From assembly GCA_963720545.1 (NCBI GenBank), contig OY970399.1:960001-1024000 (forward strand): a stretch of DNA of 64,000 nucleotides, read 5' to 3'. A model generated the notes under the pieces. That model had not been told where the DNA came from, did no database searches, and worked only from the letters and a program-made list of their open reading frames with translations. Every line of letters begins with the position of its first letter. Position 1 is the stretch's first letter. A program made the translations under genes and the position numbers. This DNA comes from an uncultured Acidobacteriota bacterium. Lineage in GTDB: Bacteria > Acidobacteriota > Vicinamibacteria > Fen-336. Shown one piece after another: positions 9,031 through 21,374 of this stretch.

Positions 9031-10133
9031 CCGAAGTGGTCGCACCGCCAGCGAAGACGACGATCCCCTGGCGCGCGCTCACCATGGTGGGCGCGCTGCT
9101 GCTCATCTGGGTGGTGTTCTCGTTCACCACCGACGGCACCTTCCTCTCGCCGCGCAACCTCTCGCAGCTCGCGCGGCAGATGTCGGTGACTTCGGTGCTC
9201 GCGATCGGGATGGTGCTGGTGATCGTCGCCGGCCAGATCGACCTGTCGGTGGGCGCCATGGCGGGCCTGCTGGGCGCGGTGGCGGCGATGAGCTACACGA
9301 ACCGCGATTGGCCGCTGCCGCTCGCCTTCGCGGCCGCGCTCGCCGCGGGCGCGTTCCTCGGCTTCGTGCAGGGCAACCTGGTGGCGCGGCTCGGCATTCC
9401 GCCGTTCATCGTCACGCTCGGCGGCATGCTGGTGTTCCAGGGCACGCTGCTCGGAGTCACCGGCGGCGTCTCGACGTCTCCCGGCCGCGCGTTCCTCGCG
9501 GTCGGGCAGAAGTACGTGCCGGAGAGCGCCGGGTGGCTGCTCGGCGGAATCGGCGCGCTCGCGCTCTGCGTCAGTGCCTGGAGGTCGAAGGGGCTGCAGC
9601 GGATCGTGTCGGCGGTGCTCGCCCTTCTCAGCTTCTCGTTCGTCGCGGTGATGAATTCGTATGCGGGCATTCCTGTGCCGGTGCTGATCGTGGTGCTGCT
9701 GGCGCTCTTCTTCTGGGTGGTTGCGAACCATACGGCGTTCGGGCGCCACCTCTACGCAATCGGCGGCAACCGCGAGGCGGCGTTCTATTCCGGAATCAAC
9801 ATCGAGCGGCACCTGGTCGGTGTCTTCACGCTGATGGGCCTGATGTGCGGCATCGCCGGCATCGTGCTGACGGCGCGGGTAGGTTCCGCGACCTCCGACG
9901 CCGGCAAGATGATGGAGCTCGACGCCATCGCCGCGGCGGTCATCGGCGGCACGTCGCTGCTCGGCGGCCAGGGCACGGTGTGGGGCGCCCTTCTCGGCGC
10001 GCTCGTCATGGCTTCGCTCGACAACGGCATGAGCCTGATGAACACCGAGTCTTTCTGGCAGCCCGTCATCAAGGGCGCGATCCTGGTGGTGGCGGTTGCG
10101 GTGGACATGGCCGGACGCAGGGGGCGCGGATAG
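9027..10133 (+). CDS. xylH: Sugar ABC transporter permease
   Basis: IDLSVG, FIVTLGG, GGNREAA, ELDAIAAAVIGGTSL; ATGA overlap with xylG. Confidence 0.85.
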   Translation: MTEVVAPPAKTTIPWRALTMVGALLLIWVVFSFTTDGTFLSPRNLSQLARQMSVTSVLAIGMVLVIVAGQIDLSVGAMAGLLGAVAAMSYTNRDWPLPLAFAAALAAGAFLGFVQGNLVARLGIPPFIVTLGGMLVFQGTLLGVTGGVSTSPGRAFLAVGQKYVPESAGWLLGGIGALALCVSAWRSKGLQRIVSAVLALLSFSFVAVMNSYAGIPVPVLIVVLLALFFWVVANHTAFGRHLYAIGGNREAAFYSGINIERHLVGVFTLMGLMCGIAGIVLTARVGSATSDAGKMMELDAIAAAVIGGTSLLGGQGTVWGALLGALVMASLDNGMSLMNTESFWQPVIKGAILVVAVAVDMAGRRGRG

Positions 10134-11089
10134 TCACCAGAAGCCGCACCGACCGCCTCCGCTGGCTGTACCTTTTCCGGCCCGAGGAAGCCATCGCGAT
10201 CGCCTTCCTCCTGCCCACCACCTGGCTCACCGTGGCGGCGAACCGCTACGCGCAGCGCGAGGGACTCCTGGGGGCTCGCTATCCGGGCGGGATCTACCGC
10301 CTCGGCCTTGCGATCGCGGTGCTCGGCGGCCTCTACCTCGGCCGGCGCCTGTTGCCGCAGAGCCGGGTCCTCAAGGGACTGCGGGAGATCCTCCCCTTCC
10401 TCGCCTGCATCCTCATCTATACGAACCTCCACGACACCATCGGCTTCGTGAACCCGCACGACATCCACGACCGGCTGGCAGCCGCCGACCTATGGCTGTT
10501 CGGGGTGCAGCCGACGATCTGGGCCGAGGCCTTCATCACCCCGGCGAACACCGAGCTGATGAGCTTCTTCTACACGTGCTTCTTCTGGATCGCGCCGGTG
10601 GTGCCGCTCTACTTGCTGGCGCGCCGCCGCTTCGCCGACTTTCGCACTGCGACGCTCGGCATCGTGCTGTGCTTCCTCATGGGCTATGTCATCTACGTCA
10701 TCTTCCCCGCCGGCCCGCCGCGCCTGGTGCTGGCGCACGAGTACACGAAAACGCTCGCCGGCTACAACGCCGCGTTCACGCGCTTCTCGAACAGCGCCAT
10801 CGACCTGCTGCCGCACGACAGCCGCGCCGCGTTCCCGTCGCTGCACGGCGCCATTTCGCTATTGGCGATGGCATACGCGTGGCGCTTCGCGCGCCGTCTC
10901 TTCTGGTTCATGATCCCGTTCGTCCTCGGCCTGTGGGTGTCGACCGTCTACCTTCGCCACCACTTCATCGTCGACTTGTTCGCGGGCTGGGCGCTCGCAC
11001 CGTTCGCCTATGTCCTGGCGCCGCGACTCGACCGGTACTGGTCCGCCCGGCAGCGCGAACGCGGCATCGAACCAGCCCGCGGCGCCTAG
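10130..11089 (+). CDS. PAP2-superfamily membrane protein (Aur1/Ipt1-like phosphotransferase/phosphatase); start uncertain
   Basis: Multiple TM helices; [25 protein letters not shown] motifs; no in-frame ATG near the 5' end, but an in-frame ATA overlaps the xylH stop. Confidence 0.8.
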   Translation: MVTRSRTDRLRWLYLFRPEEAIAIAFLLPTTWLTVAANRYAQREGLLGARYPGGIYRLGLAIAVLGGLYLGRRLLPQSRVLKGLREILPFLACILIYTNLHDTIGFVNPHDIHDRLAAADLWLFGVQPTIWAEAFITPANTELMSFFYTCFFWIAPVVPLYLLARRRFADFRTATLGIVLCFLMGYVIYVIFPAGPPRLVLAHEYTKTLAGYNAAFTRFSNSAIDLLPHDSRAAFPSLHGAISLLAMAYAWRFARRLFWFMIPFVLGLWVSTVYLRHHFIVDLFAGWALAPFAYVLAPRLDRYWSARQRERGIEPARGA

Positions 11090-11775
11090 GCCACGGGCCA
11101 TAGAGGGTCTGTGACCCCGGCCGCGTCGAAGCCCTGGCGGCGGTTGGCGCACGAATCGCAGCGCCGGCACGGCGCGCCGTCGGGCTGCGGGTCGTAGCAG
11201 CTCCAGGTCAGGCCGAAGTCGATGCCGAGCTGCACCGCCTGCTGCACGATCTGGCCCTTGTCGAGGTTCTGCAGCGGCGCGTGGATGCGGATCTGGCCCG
11301 CGCCCGCGCCCTCGACGCCGGCCCGCGTCGCCAGGTTGGCGAGGATCTCGAACGCGGCGATGAAGTCCGGGCGGCAGTCGGGATAGCCGGCGAAGTCGAT
11401 GTGGTTGACGCCGATGTAGATGTCGCGAATATCGCGGCTCTCGGCGTAGGCGAGCGCCAGCGACAGCATCACGGTGTTGCGGGCGGGCACGTAGGTCATT
11501 GGTATCCCCGGCAGCGCCCCGCGCGCCGGCGGCACGGCGATGTCGTCGGTGAGCGCCGAACCGCCGAAGCGCCTGAGGTTCACGGCGAAGACCATGTGCT
11601 CGTCGACGCCGATCGCGGCCGCCATCGCGCGCGCCGAGTCGAGTTCGCGAATGTTGCGCTGGCCGTAATCGAGGGTGAGCGCGCAGCAGCGGTAGCCGAG
11701 ACGGCGCGCAATCGCGAGCGTCGTGGACGAATCGAGGCCGCCGCTCAGCAGCACGACCGCGCGTTTGTCGCTCAT
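11086..11775 (-). CDS. queC: 7-cyano-7-deazaguanine synthase
   Basis: SGGLDS, YGQR, TYVPARN, GYPDCR, SCY..CxxCxxC. Confidence 0.95.
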   Translation of the reverse strand: MSDKRAVVLLSGGLDSSTTLAIARRLGYRCCALTLDYGQRNIRELDSARAMAAAIGVDEHMVFAVNLRRFGGSALTDDIAVPPARGALPGIPMTYVPARNTVMLSLALAYAESRDIRDIYIGVNHIDFAGYPDCRPDFIAAFEILANLATRAGVEGAGAGQIRIHAPLQNLDKGQIVQQAVQLGIDFGLTWSCYDPQPDGAPCRRCDSCANRRQGFDAAGVTDPLWPVA

Positions 11776-13616
11776 CGAACCGCCGGCAGGTAGAGCGCGT
11801 CGCAGGCGGGTGGCAGGTCGATCCGCAGGCGGCCCGCCGCGACGCGCGCCTCGCCGCCGCAGGCGAGCCGGTCAGAGAACACGGCGCCGTCTTTCAGCAC
11901 GCCGCCGACCTCGATATCGAGGCTGCGCGCGGTCGCGGCGTTGTTGAGCGCGACCACGGCGCTGCCCGAAGCATCGACACGCGCGTAGACATACGCATCG
12001 TCGGCAGCCAGCAGGGTGACGAGCCGGCCGCGGCGCAGCGCGGGAGTCGCGGCGCGCAGGCGCGCCAGGTTCTTCAGGTGGTCGAACACCGCGTTCTCGT
12101 CGGCGGTGCGTCCCGCGGCGGTGAACGCATCGCGCCCGTCGCCCGGGAAGCCTCCGGGAAAGTCGCGGCGGTTGTCGGGATCGGCGCCGCCCGGCATGCC
12201 GATCTCGTCGCCGTAGTAGACCATCGGGATGCCGCGCGTCGTCATGAGAAAGGTGTAGGCGCGGCGCAGCCCGGCAACGGTCGCGTCCTTCTCACCCATG
12301 AAGCGCGGCACGTCGTGATTGCCGAGGAACGTGACGAGGTTGTCGGCCGCGGGATAGAGCCGGTCGTATGAAAGAGCCATGGCAAGCTCCTTGAGCGGCT
12401 TCTTCGCGATGAACGCGTCGCGGATCTTGTAGTAGAGCGGGAAGTCGAAGAGGGAGAAGACGCCCGTGTCGATGCCGTCGAAGCCCGCGCGGCCGCCCTG
12501 GAAGAACGCCACGAGCGCCGGGTTGCCGTCCCACATCTCGCCCACCACCCGGACGAGCGGAAACTCGGCGCGGATCGCCGCGTTCCAGTCGCGCCAGAAC
12601 GCGCGCGGCACGTAGGGCCAGGTGTCCTGGCGAATGCCGTCGAGGCCCAGCACGCCGACCCACCACAGGGTGTTCTGGATGACGTAGCGCGCGGCCTCGG
12701 GATCGTCCTGGTTGATGTCGGGCAGGACGTTCACGAACCAGCCGTCGAGCGTCTCGCGGCGCAGCCCGGGGCCGGCATGAGGGTCGGCGGGCGTCCACGT
12801 CTGCCAGGTCTCGTCGAGATGTGCTTTGGGCGTGCCGCGCAGCCACGTCGGGGTCGGCGGATCCTGCGCCCACGGATGCTGCGGACCGGTGTGGTTCGCC
12901 ACCTGGTCCTGGATCACCTTGATGCCGGCGGCATGCGCCTTCTCGACCAGGTCGCGCAAGGAAGCGAGGTCGCCGAAATGTTCCTCGACCGCATAGAAAC
13001 CGGTGGCACCGTAGCCGTGGTAGTCGGCGATCGGCTTGCCGTCTACGGCCTGTACCTCGTTCGGCACGTCGGTGTTGTCGTACCAGGGGTTGAGCCAGAG
13101 CGCCGTGACCCCGAGGTCGCGCAGGTACGGCAAGCGCGCGGCGATGCCCGCCAGGTCTCCGCCGTGGTAACGCCGCGGCTCGTTACGGTCCGTCAGTCCG
13201 GGCGAGCGCGGCGGGTTGTCGTTCGCAGGATCGCCGTTCGCGAACCGGTCGGGCATGGCGAGGTAGATGAAGTCGTCGGCCGAGAAGCCGGCGAAGCGGC
13301 CGGTGCGGCGCAGAGGCGGCAGGATCTCGAAGGGCACGGCCGCGGTGCCGCTTGCCGTGCGCAACCGCAAACCGGCGTCGCCCGGTTTCGCGCCACGGCC
13401 GATGGTGACGTCGAAGAGCGCGTAGGTGCCGCGCGCGCTGACCTTGGCCTGGCCCACCCTGACGCCGGGACCGGCCGAGAGCGTGGCTCCCGCAAGGTCG
13501 GTGCCGTGGACGAGCAGACGCACCGGGTTGTGCGCGCTCGATTGCCACCAGCTCGGCGGCTCGACCGCCGCGACCTGCGGAGCGGCGAGCAGCAGGGAAA
13601 TGACGGCTGCGATCAC
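11772..13616 (-). CDS. Secreted GH13 alpha-amylase/cyclomaltodextrinase
   Basis: Signal peptide; VEPPSWW N-domain; [34 protein letters not shown] 13616 overlaps the MFS stop. Confidence 0.9.
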   Translation of the reverse strand: MIAAVISLLLAAPQVAAVEPPSWWQSSAHNPVRLLVHGTDLAGATLSAGPGVRVGQAKVSARGTYALFDVTIGRGAKPGDAGLRLRTASGTAAVPFEILPPLRRTGRFAGFSADDFIYLAMPDRFANGDPANDNPPRSPGLTDRNEPRRYHGGDLAGIAARLPYLRDLGVTALWLNPWYDNTDVPNEVQAVDGKPIADYHGYGATGFYAVEEHFGDLASLRDLVEKAHAAGIKVIQDQVANHTGPQHPWAQDPPTPTWLRGTPKAHLDETWQTWTPADPHAGPGLRRETLDGWFVNVLPDINQDDPEAARYVIQNTLWWVGVLGLDGIRQDTWPYVPRAFWRDWNAAIRAEFPLVRVVGEMWDGNPALVAFFQGGRAGFDGIDTGVFSLFDFPLYYKIRDAFIAKKPLKELAMALSYDRLYPAADNLVTFLGNHDVPRFMGEKDATVAGLRRAYTFLMTTRGIPMVYYGDEIGMPGGADPDNRRDFPGGFPGDGRDAFTAAGRTADENAVFDHLKNLARLRAATPALRRGRLVTLLAADDAYVYARVDASGSAVVALNNAATARSLDIEVGGVLKDGAVFSDRLACGGEARVAAGRLRIDLPPACDALYLPAVR

Positions 13617-15054
13617 GCGTGCCGATCCTCGACGAACAGCGTCGCGATGGCGGCGAGCGCCAGCGAGCCTCCGCCCAGCATCACCACCTTCACGGGGTCG
13701 TTGTCGAACAGGCGCCCCACCACCGGCTGCAGCGCCACCGACGCGAGGATCTCGGGGATCACGATGAAGAAGTTGAAGATCCCCATGTAGACGCCCATGC
13801 GCGCCGCCGGCAATGCGCTCGACAGCATGGCGTACGGCATCGACAGGATCGAAGCCCAGGCGATGCCGACGCCGACCATAGTCATCTTCCACAGGAACGG
13901 ATCGTGGATGAAGCCCGTGCTCAGCAGCCCGAGAGCACCACACGCGAGGGCGAGGCCGTGCACGAAAGTGCGGCTCGTCTTCCTGGCGAGCACCGGCAAC
14001 GCAAACGCCACCAGCAGGCAGACGATCGAGTAGACCGCGAACGTCTCGCCGCCGAAGGCGACGCCGCGGTCGAACGCTTCGGAGTGGGCGTCGGTGGTGC
14101 CGAACACCCGCTGCGCGGTGGCCAGGCCGAAGAACATCCACATGCAGAAGAGGCCGAGCCAGGTGAAGAACTGGACGACCGCGAGCTGGCGCATGGTCTT
14201 CGGCATCTCGCGCAGCGCCGCGGCCACCTCCGGCCCGGAAAGCGCCAGGCCGAGGGCGGCCCCGATCACCGAGCCGGCGGCAACGTGCAGAGCCGAGAGG
14301 TGGTGCTCTACCAGCAGGCCGCGCGTGAGCGCGACCAGGCAGCCCGCCGCGGCGCCCCACAAGAGGAAGGACGGCTGCCAATGGAACACGCGGCCCTCGC
14401 GGCGGCGGCGCGCGAAGTCTTCCATGTCCTCGGGCGGAAACTCGCGTGTGGTCAAAACCGTCCAGAGCACCGCCAGCAGGAAGACGGCGGCGCCGAGCTT
14501 GAACGCGTAAAGCACCGTGAACGGCACGCCGTTCGGCGCGACGCCGGTGATGCCGGCGTGCTGGAAGATCGAAGGCAGCGCGTTCGCGATCGCGGCACCC
14601 ACGCCGATGAAGAAACTCTGCGTGACGAACCCCATGGTGCGCTGCTCCGGCGGCAGCTTGTCGGCAACGAACGCGCGAAACGGCTCCATGCTGACGTTGA
14701 TCGAGGCGTCGAGGATCCAGAGCATGGTGGCGGCGAACCACAGCGTCGGCGAGTCGGGCATCAGGAAGAGGGCGATGCTCGCGAGCACCGCGCCGGCGAG
14801 AAAGTAGGGACGGCGCCGGCCGAGCCGGTTCCAGGTGCGGTCGCTCATGGCGCCGATGATCGGCTGGATCAAGAGCCCGGTCATCGGTCCCGCCAGCCAC
14901 AGGATGGGTATGCGTTCCGGCTCGGCGCCGAGCTTCGCGTAGATCGCCGACATGTTGGCGAGCTGCAGCCCCCACCCGAACTGGATGCCGAGGAAGCCGA
15001 AGCTCATGTTGAAGATCTGGCCGAACGTGAGACGCGGCCGGTTCGTCGCAATCG

Positions 15055-15058
<4 letters not shown>
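13613..15058 (-). CDS. MFS maltose/maltodextrin transporter (MalT/SLC45-like)
   Basis: [44 protein letters not shown]. Confidence 0.9.
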
Positions 15059-16610
<1,552 letters not shown>

Positions 16611-16611
<1 letters not shown>

Positions 16612-16844
16612 CAGGGCTTGGGCGCGGGCGGCGGCAGGTCCCTGGCGGCGACCGTGGAGTCGAACGCGATCTTGTTGTGGGTGCCGTCGCAGAAAGGCTT
16701 GTTCGACGAGTGGCCGCAGCGGCACAGGCTGATGACGCGTCGGCCGCCCAGTCCGAAGGACGTGCCCAGCTGGTCGCACAGGTCGGGCGGCCCTTCCACT
16801 ACCAGAGGGCCATTGTTGCGGACTGTGATCTTGAACTCGGACAT
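16611..16844 (-). CDS. CDGSH iron-sulfur domain protein
   Basis: NGPL..LCRCGHSSNKPFCDGTH. Confidence 0.9.
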
Positions 16845-16874
16845 GGAGCGCATTGTAAGCCGACAATTGACGTG

Positions 16875-17843
16875 ATGCGGCCGAAGCTGAAGCGTTTCAC
16901 CCCCGTGCTGCTCCTGCTTCTCGCACTGTCCTGCGGCGACGGCGGCGACGGCGGCGCCAGCAACGACCCGGGCAGTGGCGGGAACGGCGGCAGCGGCGGT
17001 GGCTCTGCCGGCAGCGGCACGCTTGCGGGCTGCCAGGTGTTCCCGGCCGACAACCCCTGGAACCGCGACGTCGCGAGCGATCCGGTGGACGGCAACTCCG
17101 ACGCCTACATCCGCAGCATGAATGGCGGCCGCACCAACCTGCACGCCGACTTCGGCAGTCCGGTCGAGTACGGCATCCCATGGATCAGCGTGCCGGGCAG
17201 CCAGCCGCGCGTGCCGGTGAGCTTTTACTACCGCGACGAGAGCGATCCTGGGCCGTATCCGTTTCCGCTCGACGCGCCGGTCGAAGCGGGCGGCGACCGC
17301 CACATCCTCACCGTCGATCGCGACACTTGCCGTCTTTACGAAGCGTTCGACTGCGAGCGCGACGGCGGCGGATGGGCGTGCGGCTCCGGGGCCGTCTTCG
17401 ACCTTCGCTCGAACACGCTGCGCCCCGATGGCTGGACCAGCGCCGACGCCGCCGGCCTGCCCATCCTGCCGGGCCTTGCGCGCCTCGACGAGGTGGAGCG
17501 CGGCGAGATCCGGCATGCGCTGCGGTTCACCGTGCGCAGGACGCAGCGCGCCTACATCCACCCTGCAACCCACTTTGCGAGCAGCGACCGCAACCCGGAC
17601 CTGCCACCCATGGGCCTGCGCGTGCGCATGAGGGCGTCGTACGACATCGGCGGCGTAACCGGCGCCGCCCGCGTCATCCTCGTGGCGCTCAAGAAGTACG
17701 GCATGTTCGTGGCCGACAACGGCTCCGACTGGTTCATCTCCGGCGAGCGCAACCCCCGCTGGAACGACGACGACCTTGACCAGTTGAAGCGCATCCCTGG
17801 TTCGGCTTTCGAGGTGGTGCGCGCCGGCGACCTGCATCGCTGA
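16875..17843 (+). CDS. Lipoprotein of unknown function
   Basis: Lipobox ALSC and Gly/Ser linker; globular domain with FPADNPWN, DRH, GWTSADAAGLP, HALRF. Confidence 0.8.
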   Translation: MRPKLKRFTPVLLLLLALSCGDGGDGGASNDPGSGGNGGSGGGSAGSGTLAGCQVFPADNPWNRDVASDPVDGNSDAYIRSMNGGRTNLHADFGSPVEYGIPWISVPGSQPRVPVSFYYRDESDPGPYPFPLDAPVEAGGDRHILTVDRDTCRLYEAFDCERDGGGWACGSGAVFDLRSNTLRPDGWTSADAAGLPILPGLARLDEVERGEIRHALRFTVRRTQRAYIHPATHFASSDRNPDLPPMGLRVRMRASYDIGGVTGAARVILVALKKYGMFVADNGSDWFISGERNPRWNDDDLDQLKRIPGSAFEVVRAGDLHR

Positions 17844-18009
17844 GGCCGGACGTTCAATAAACCGCTGCTCTCACAACGTTTCACCAGCGAAAGGCGCGCG
17901 GCGCGGCGAAGTTCAATGGCGCGGATAGCGCAAACGCCCGTGGTTCCGTATCTTCCTCGTGACCACGTACCCCCCGTTCAGTTCGAGTCATCGAAGGAGA
18001 GGAAGCACC

Positions 18010-19299
18010 ATGAACCAAAGCCGCTGCCTGCGCACCGCGGGCGCCGCCCTCGCGGCCGCAACGCTCATCGCTTCTGCCGCCGCCGCTGCCGCGGACACCG
18101 GCAAGAGTTTCACGTACACCACCAAGTCTCCGGAGGCGGCGAAGCTGCTCACCGAGCTGCAGACGCGCATCGAGTTCTTCCAGTTCGGTCCCGACAACGT
18201 CACGCTTGCGCAGAAGATCGTCGCCGCGGATCCCGCGTTCGCCATGGGCCAGTACTACCTCTCCGCGGTGCAGCCGCCGCCCGACAACGCCGCCGCGCTG
18301 GCCAAGGCGGTGGTGCTTGCGAAGGACGCCTCCGACGGCGAACGCCGCTTCATCGAGGCGATGAACGTGGCGCGCGACCCGAAGGCGACGACACCGGAAA
18401 AGGCCTTGCCGCTTCTCGAGCAGCTCGCGGCCGACTACCCCGGCGAACGGCTGGTGCTGACGATGCTCGGCCAGCTTTACCCGGGCGTGCCCGGACAGGA
18501 AGCGAAGGCCCGGCCCGCACTCGAACGGGCCCTCGTGCTCTATCCGAACTCTCCGCGCATGAAGGCGCTGGCCGCGAACGAGCTGCTGCTGAACGGCAAC
18601 TACGCGCAAGCTCGCGCCACCTTCGAGTCGGTCGAGAAGGAACTGAAGAAGGGGGCGGCGCCGTTCGTGGTTCGCTACGGCATCGCCTTCAGCTACCTGT
18701 ACGAAGGCAAGCCCGATCCGGCGATCTCCGCACTGCAGACATACCTGCAGGAGTACAAGGACGCCGGGCTCGCGCAGGGCTTCCCCGAGGTCTTCATCTG
18801 GAACTCGATCGCGCGCATCGACCTCGAGAACGATCGACTGCCCGAGGCGCTCGCCGCATATCAGAAGGGCTACGAGAGCGTCCCCAACAGCACGATCCCC
18901 GACGACCAGAAGCAGACCTGGCTGGGACGGCTGCACCACGGCACCGCGCGCACCTACGCGCGCATGGGCAAGCACGAAGAGGCCTGGGCCGAGGCCGAGA
19001 CGATCCGCAAGATGATCGAGGCGGGCGGCGAGGCCGGCAAGCCGTTCCTGCCCGCCTATCACTATCTCGCGGGCTACCTGCTGCTCGAGAAAGGCGATTA
19101 CCCGCGCGCGGTCGAGGAGCTGAAGCAGTCGAACCAGGCCGATCCGTTCCATCGCCTGCTGCTGGCGCGCGCCTACGAGAAGGTGGGCGACAAGGAGAGT
19201 GCCCGCAAGGCCTACCAGGAAGTCGTCGACTCGAAGGCCAATGGCATCGAGCGGGCGCTGAGCTACAACGAAGCGAAGTCGCGAATCTCGAAGCTCTAG
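18010..19299 (+). CDS. Secreted tetratricopeptide repeat protein
   Basis: AAGGAG RBS, Ala-rich signal peptide, serial TPR-like helical repeats. Confidence 0.8.
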   Translation: MNQSRCLRTAGAALAAATLIASAAAAAADTGKSFTYTTKSPEAAKLLTELQTRIEFFQFGPDNVTLAQKIVAADPAFAMGQYYLSAVQPPPDNAAALAKAVVLAKDASDGERRFIEAMNVARDPKATTPEKALPLLEQLAADYPGERLVLTMLGQLYPGVPGQEAKARPALERALVLYPNSPRMKALAANELLLNGNYAQARATFESVEKELKKGAAPFVVRYGIAFSYLYEGKPDPAISALQTYLQEYKDAGLAQGFPEVFIWNSIARIDLENDRLPEALAAYQKGYESVPNSTIPDDQKQTWLGRLHHGTARTYARMGKHEEAWAEAETIRKMIEAGGEAGKPFLPAYHYLAGYLLLEKGDYPRAVEELKQSNQADPFHRLLLARAYEKVGDKESARKAYQEVVDSKANGIERALSYNEAKSRISKL

Positions 19300-20408
19300 C
19301 CCGACCCGCGTCCCATGAACCGCTCCCACAGCGAGTGGAAGTGGTGCACACCGTTCTCGCGCGCCACCGAATAGCGGCCGCGGTCGTAAGTGCGCGACCG
19401 CAGGCCGCGCTGCACGGCCTCGCAGATGGCCACGTCCTCCCGCTGCACCTCTTCGGCGAGGAGGATCGACTCGGCGAACCCGGCTGAACCGGCGGCGGCC
19501 GCAGGATCGGCCACGTACCACTCGAAGCGCACACGCGTCGTTTCCGGGCCGGTCGGCTCCACCACGTTCACCTGCAGGTTCCCCGGGTAGAGGTTGAGCA
19601 TGGTATTGGGAAACACCCAGTAGTACGCGACCGCGGCTGGCACGTCGGCTGAGCCCGCGATCTTCTCGAGCGCGCCGCCGGCGCGCAGAGGCGTGATCTG
19701 CTTCGAGCACAGCTCGTAGGTTTCGACACGGTAGTTCGCGTAGTCCACCTCGCGGAACAGGCGCGGGTGCACGAGCGGGATGTGATAGCCCTCGAGATAG
19801 TTGTCTACGTACGCCTTCCAGTTGCACGCGACCTGGTAGTCGGCGGCGCGCGCGAGGCGCAGCGACTCGATGCCGGCGGCCACCGGCTCGTCGAGGAACG
19901 GCGCCACCGCCGCCTCGAGCGGGCCGCCCTGCGCGTCGAGGTTGACCATGGCGAGAGGGCCGAGCCTGTCGCTGCGGAAGCGCGGCAGCGCATGGTCCGC
20001 GGCGCGGAAGTCCTCGACTCCCTGCCACTCGGGAGTGCCGACGAGCGCGCCCTCGAGGGTGTAGGTCCAGCCGTGATAGGCGCACTGGAGCACCCGCTTG
20101 TTGCCGCAACCGGTCGCAACCGGACCCGCCCGGTGCCGGCACACCGCCGACATCGCGCGCACCCCCGAATCGCTTCGGGTCAGGACGAGCGGCTCGCCGC
20201 CGATCGTCACCGTGAGGAAATCGCCTGTCCGCTCGAGCCTCTCCGCCGGTCCGGCGACCTGCCAGGTCCGGCCGAAGATCCGCTCCTGCTCCAGGCGGAA
20301 AATGGCGCCGTCCTGGTAGGCCGACGACGGCAAAGTGTGGGCGCGCGCCAGCAGCTCGCCCACGATGCGGTCGCTGCCGATACCGGGACGCTCGCCCACT
20401 GAAGCCAT
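19296..20408 (-). CDS. Rieske non-heme iron oxygenase alpha subunit (choline monooxygenase-like)
   Basis: CRHR..CAYHGW Rieske ligands; NWK..DNYLEGYHIPLVH mononuclear iron motif. Confidence 0.9.
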   Translation of the reverse strand: MASVGERPGIGSDRIVGELLARAHTLPSSAYQDGAIFRLEQERIFGRTWQVAGPAERLERTGDFLTVTIGGEPLVLTRSDSGVRAMSAVCRHRAGPVATGCGNKRVLQCAYHGWTYTLEGALVGTPEWQGVEDFRAADHALPRFRSDRLGPLAMVNLDAQGGPLEAAVAPFLDEPVAAGIESLRLARAADYQVACNWKAYVDNYLEGYHIPLVHPRLFREVDYANYRVETYELCSKQITPLRAGGALEKIAGSADVPAAVAYYWVFPNTMLNLYPGNLQVNVVEPTGPETTRVRFEWYVADPAAAAGSAGFAESILLAEEVQREDVAICEAVQRGLRSRTYDRGRYSVARENGVHHFHSLWERFMGRGSG

Positions 20409-20447
20409 GGGCGAATGGTACGCCAGGCCGGCGCTTACAATATGGAA

Positions 20448-21374
20448 GTGGCAGCACCCCGCGACGCGCAACTCGCCGCCCTGGACCGGTCGCTGCTCGA
20501 AGTGAGCGGCCCGACCCGGGCGAAGTTTCTCCACAACCTGCTGAGCAACGACGTCGAGGGCCTGAAGCCCGGTGCCGGCCGCAGCGCTGCCCTCATGGAC
20601 GTGAAGGGTCACGTGCTGGCGCTGGTGCGCGTTCTGGCCGGCCCGTCGGCAATCGTCCTCGAACTGCCGCTGGCGCAGCTCGAGCGGGTGCAGGGCCTGC
20701 TCGAGCACTACCGCGTGGCGGCGCCGGTGCGCTTCAAGCGTGTCGATGCAGCGGTCGTGGCGCTCTTCGGCAGCTCCGCTGCGCAGCTCCTCGCGGAACT
20801 CGGCGCGCCGGTGCCGGCCGAGCGCGACGCGCATGCCGCCGGCGAGATCGCGGGCCGTGCCGTGCAGGTGGTGCGCGCCGCCGACATACCGGCGCACGGG
20901 TTCGTCCTGCACGTGGCGACGGGCGATGCCGAAGCCGTGAGCGCGGCGCTGCGGGCGGCGGGCGCCGCCGCGGTTGCGCCAAACGCGCTCGACGCGCTGC
21001 GCGTCGAGGAGGGGCTTCCCTGGTTCGGGGCCGACGTGACCGAGGCGAACCTGCTGCACGAGACGGGCCTGGTGCCAACGCACTCGACGACCAAGGGTTG
21101 CTACGTGGGACAGGAAGTGGTGGCGCGCCTCGACGCACGCGGCGGCAACGTCAACAAGCTGTTGCGGGGCCTGCGGCTCGGTGCTGCGGCGCATGCCGGC
21201 GACGTGGTCCGCGACCAGGACGGCAAGGACGTGGGCCGGGTGACGACCGCGGCGGTCTCGGAACGCCTCGGTCCGGCGGCGCTCGCCTATATCCACCGCA
21301 GCCGCAACGAACCCGGCACTTCTCTCGTGGTCAACGACGCACCGGCAACCGTCGTGTCGCTGCCCTTCTCATGA
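20448..21374 (+). CDS. ygfZ: YgfZ/GcvT-like folate-binding protein
   Basis: KGCYVGQE signature; start is GTG 20448 (6 nt after TACAAT) or ATG 20442. Confidence 0.85.
   Translation: MAAPRDAQLAALDRSLLEVSGPTRAKFLHNLLSNDVEGLKPGAGRSAALMDVKGHVLALVRVLAGPSAIVLELPLAQLERVQGLLEHYRVAAPVRFKRVDAAVVALFGSSAAQLLAELGAPVPAERDAHAAGEIAGRAVQVVRAADIPAHGFVLHVATGDAEAVSAALRAAGAAAVAPNALDALRVEEGLPWFGADVTEANLLHETGLVPTHSTTKGCYVGQEVVARLDARGGNVNKLLRGLRLGAAAHAGDVVRDQDGKDVGRVTTAAVSERLGPAALAYIHRSRNEPGTSLVVNDAPATVVSLPFS

Noticed and set aside
11086..11775. queC as part of a QatABCD or Dpd defence/DNA-modification system
   Set aside because: Canonical QueC length and motifs; no qat, dpd or tgt-like neighbours
16933..17020. GGC-rich tandem repeats
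   Set aside because: They simply encode the Gly/Ser linker of the lipoprotein
17844..18009. Riboswitch (c-di-GMP-like) upstream of the TPR gene
   Set aside because: GAAA/GCAAA words are present, but I could not build the consensus stems
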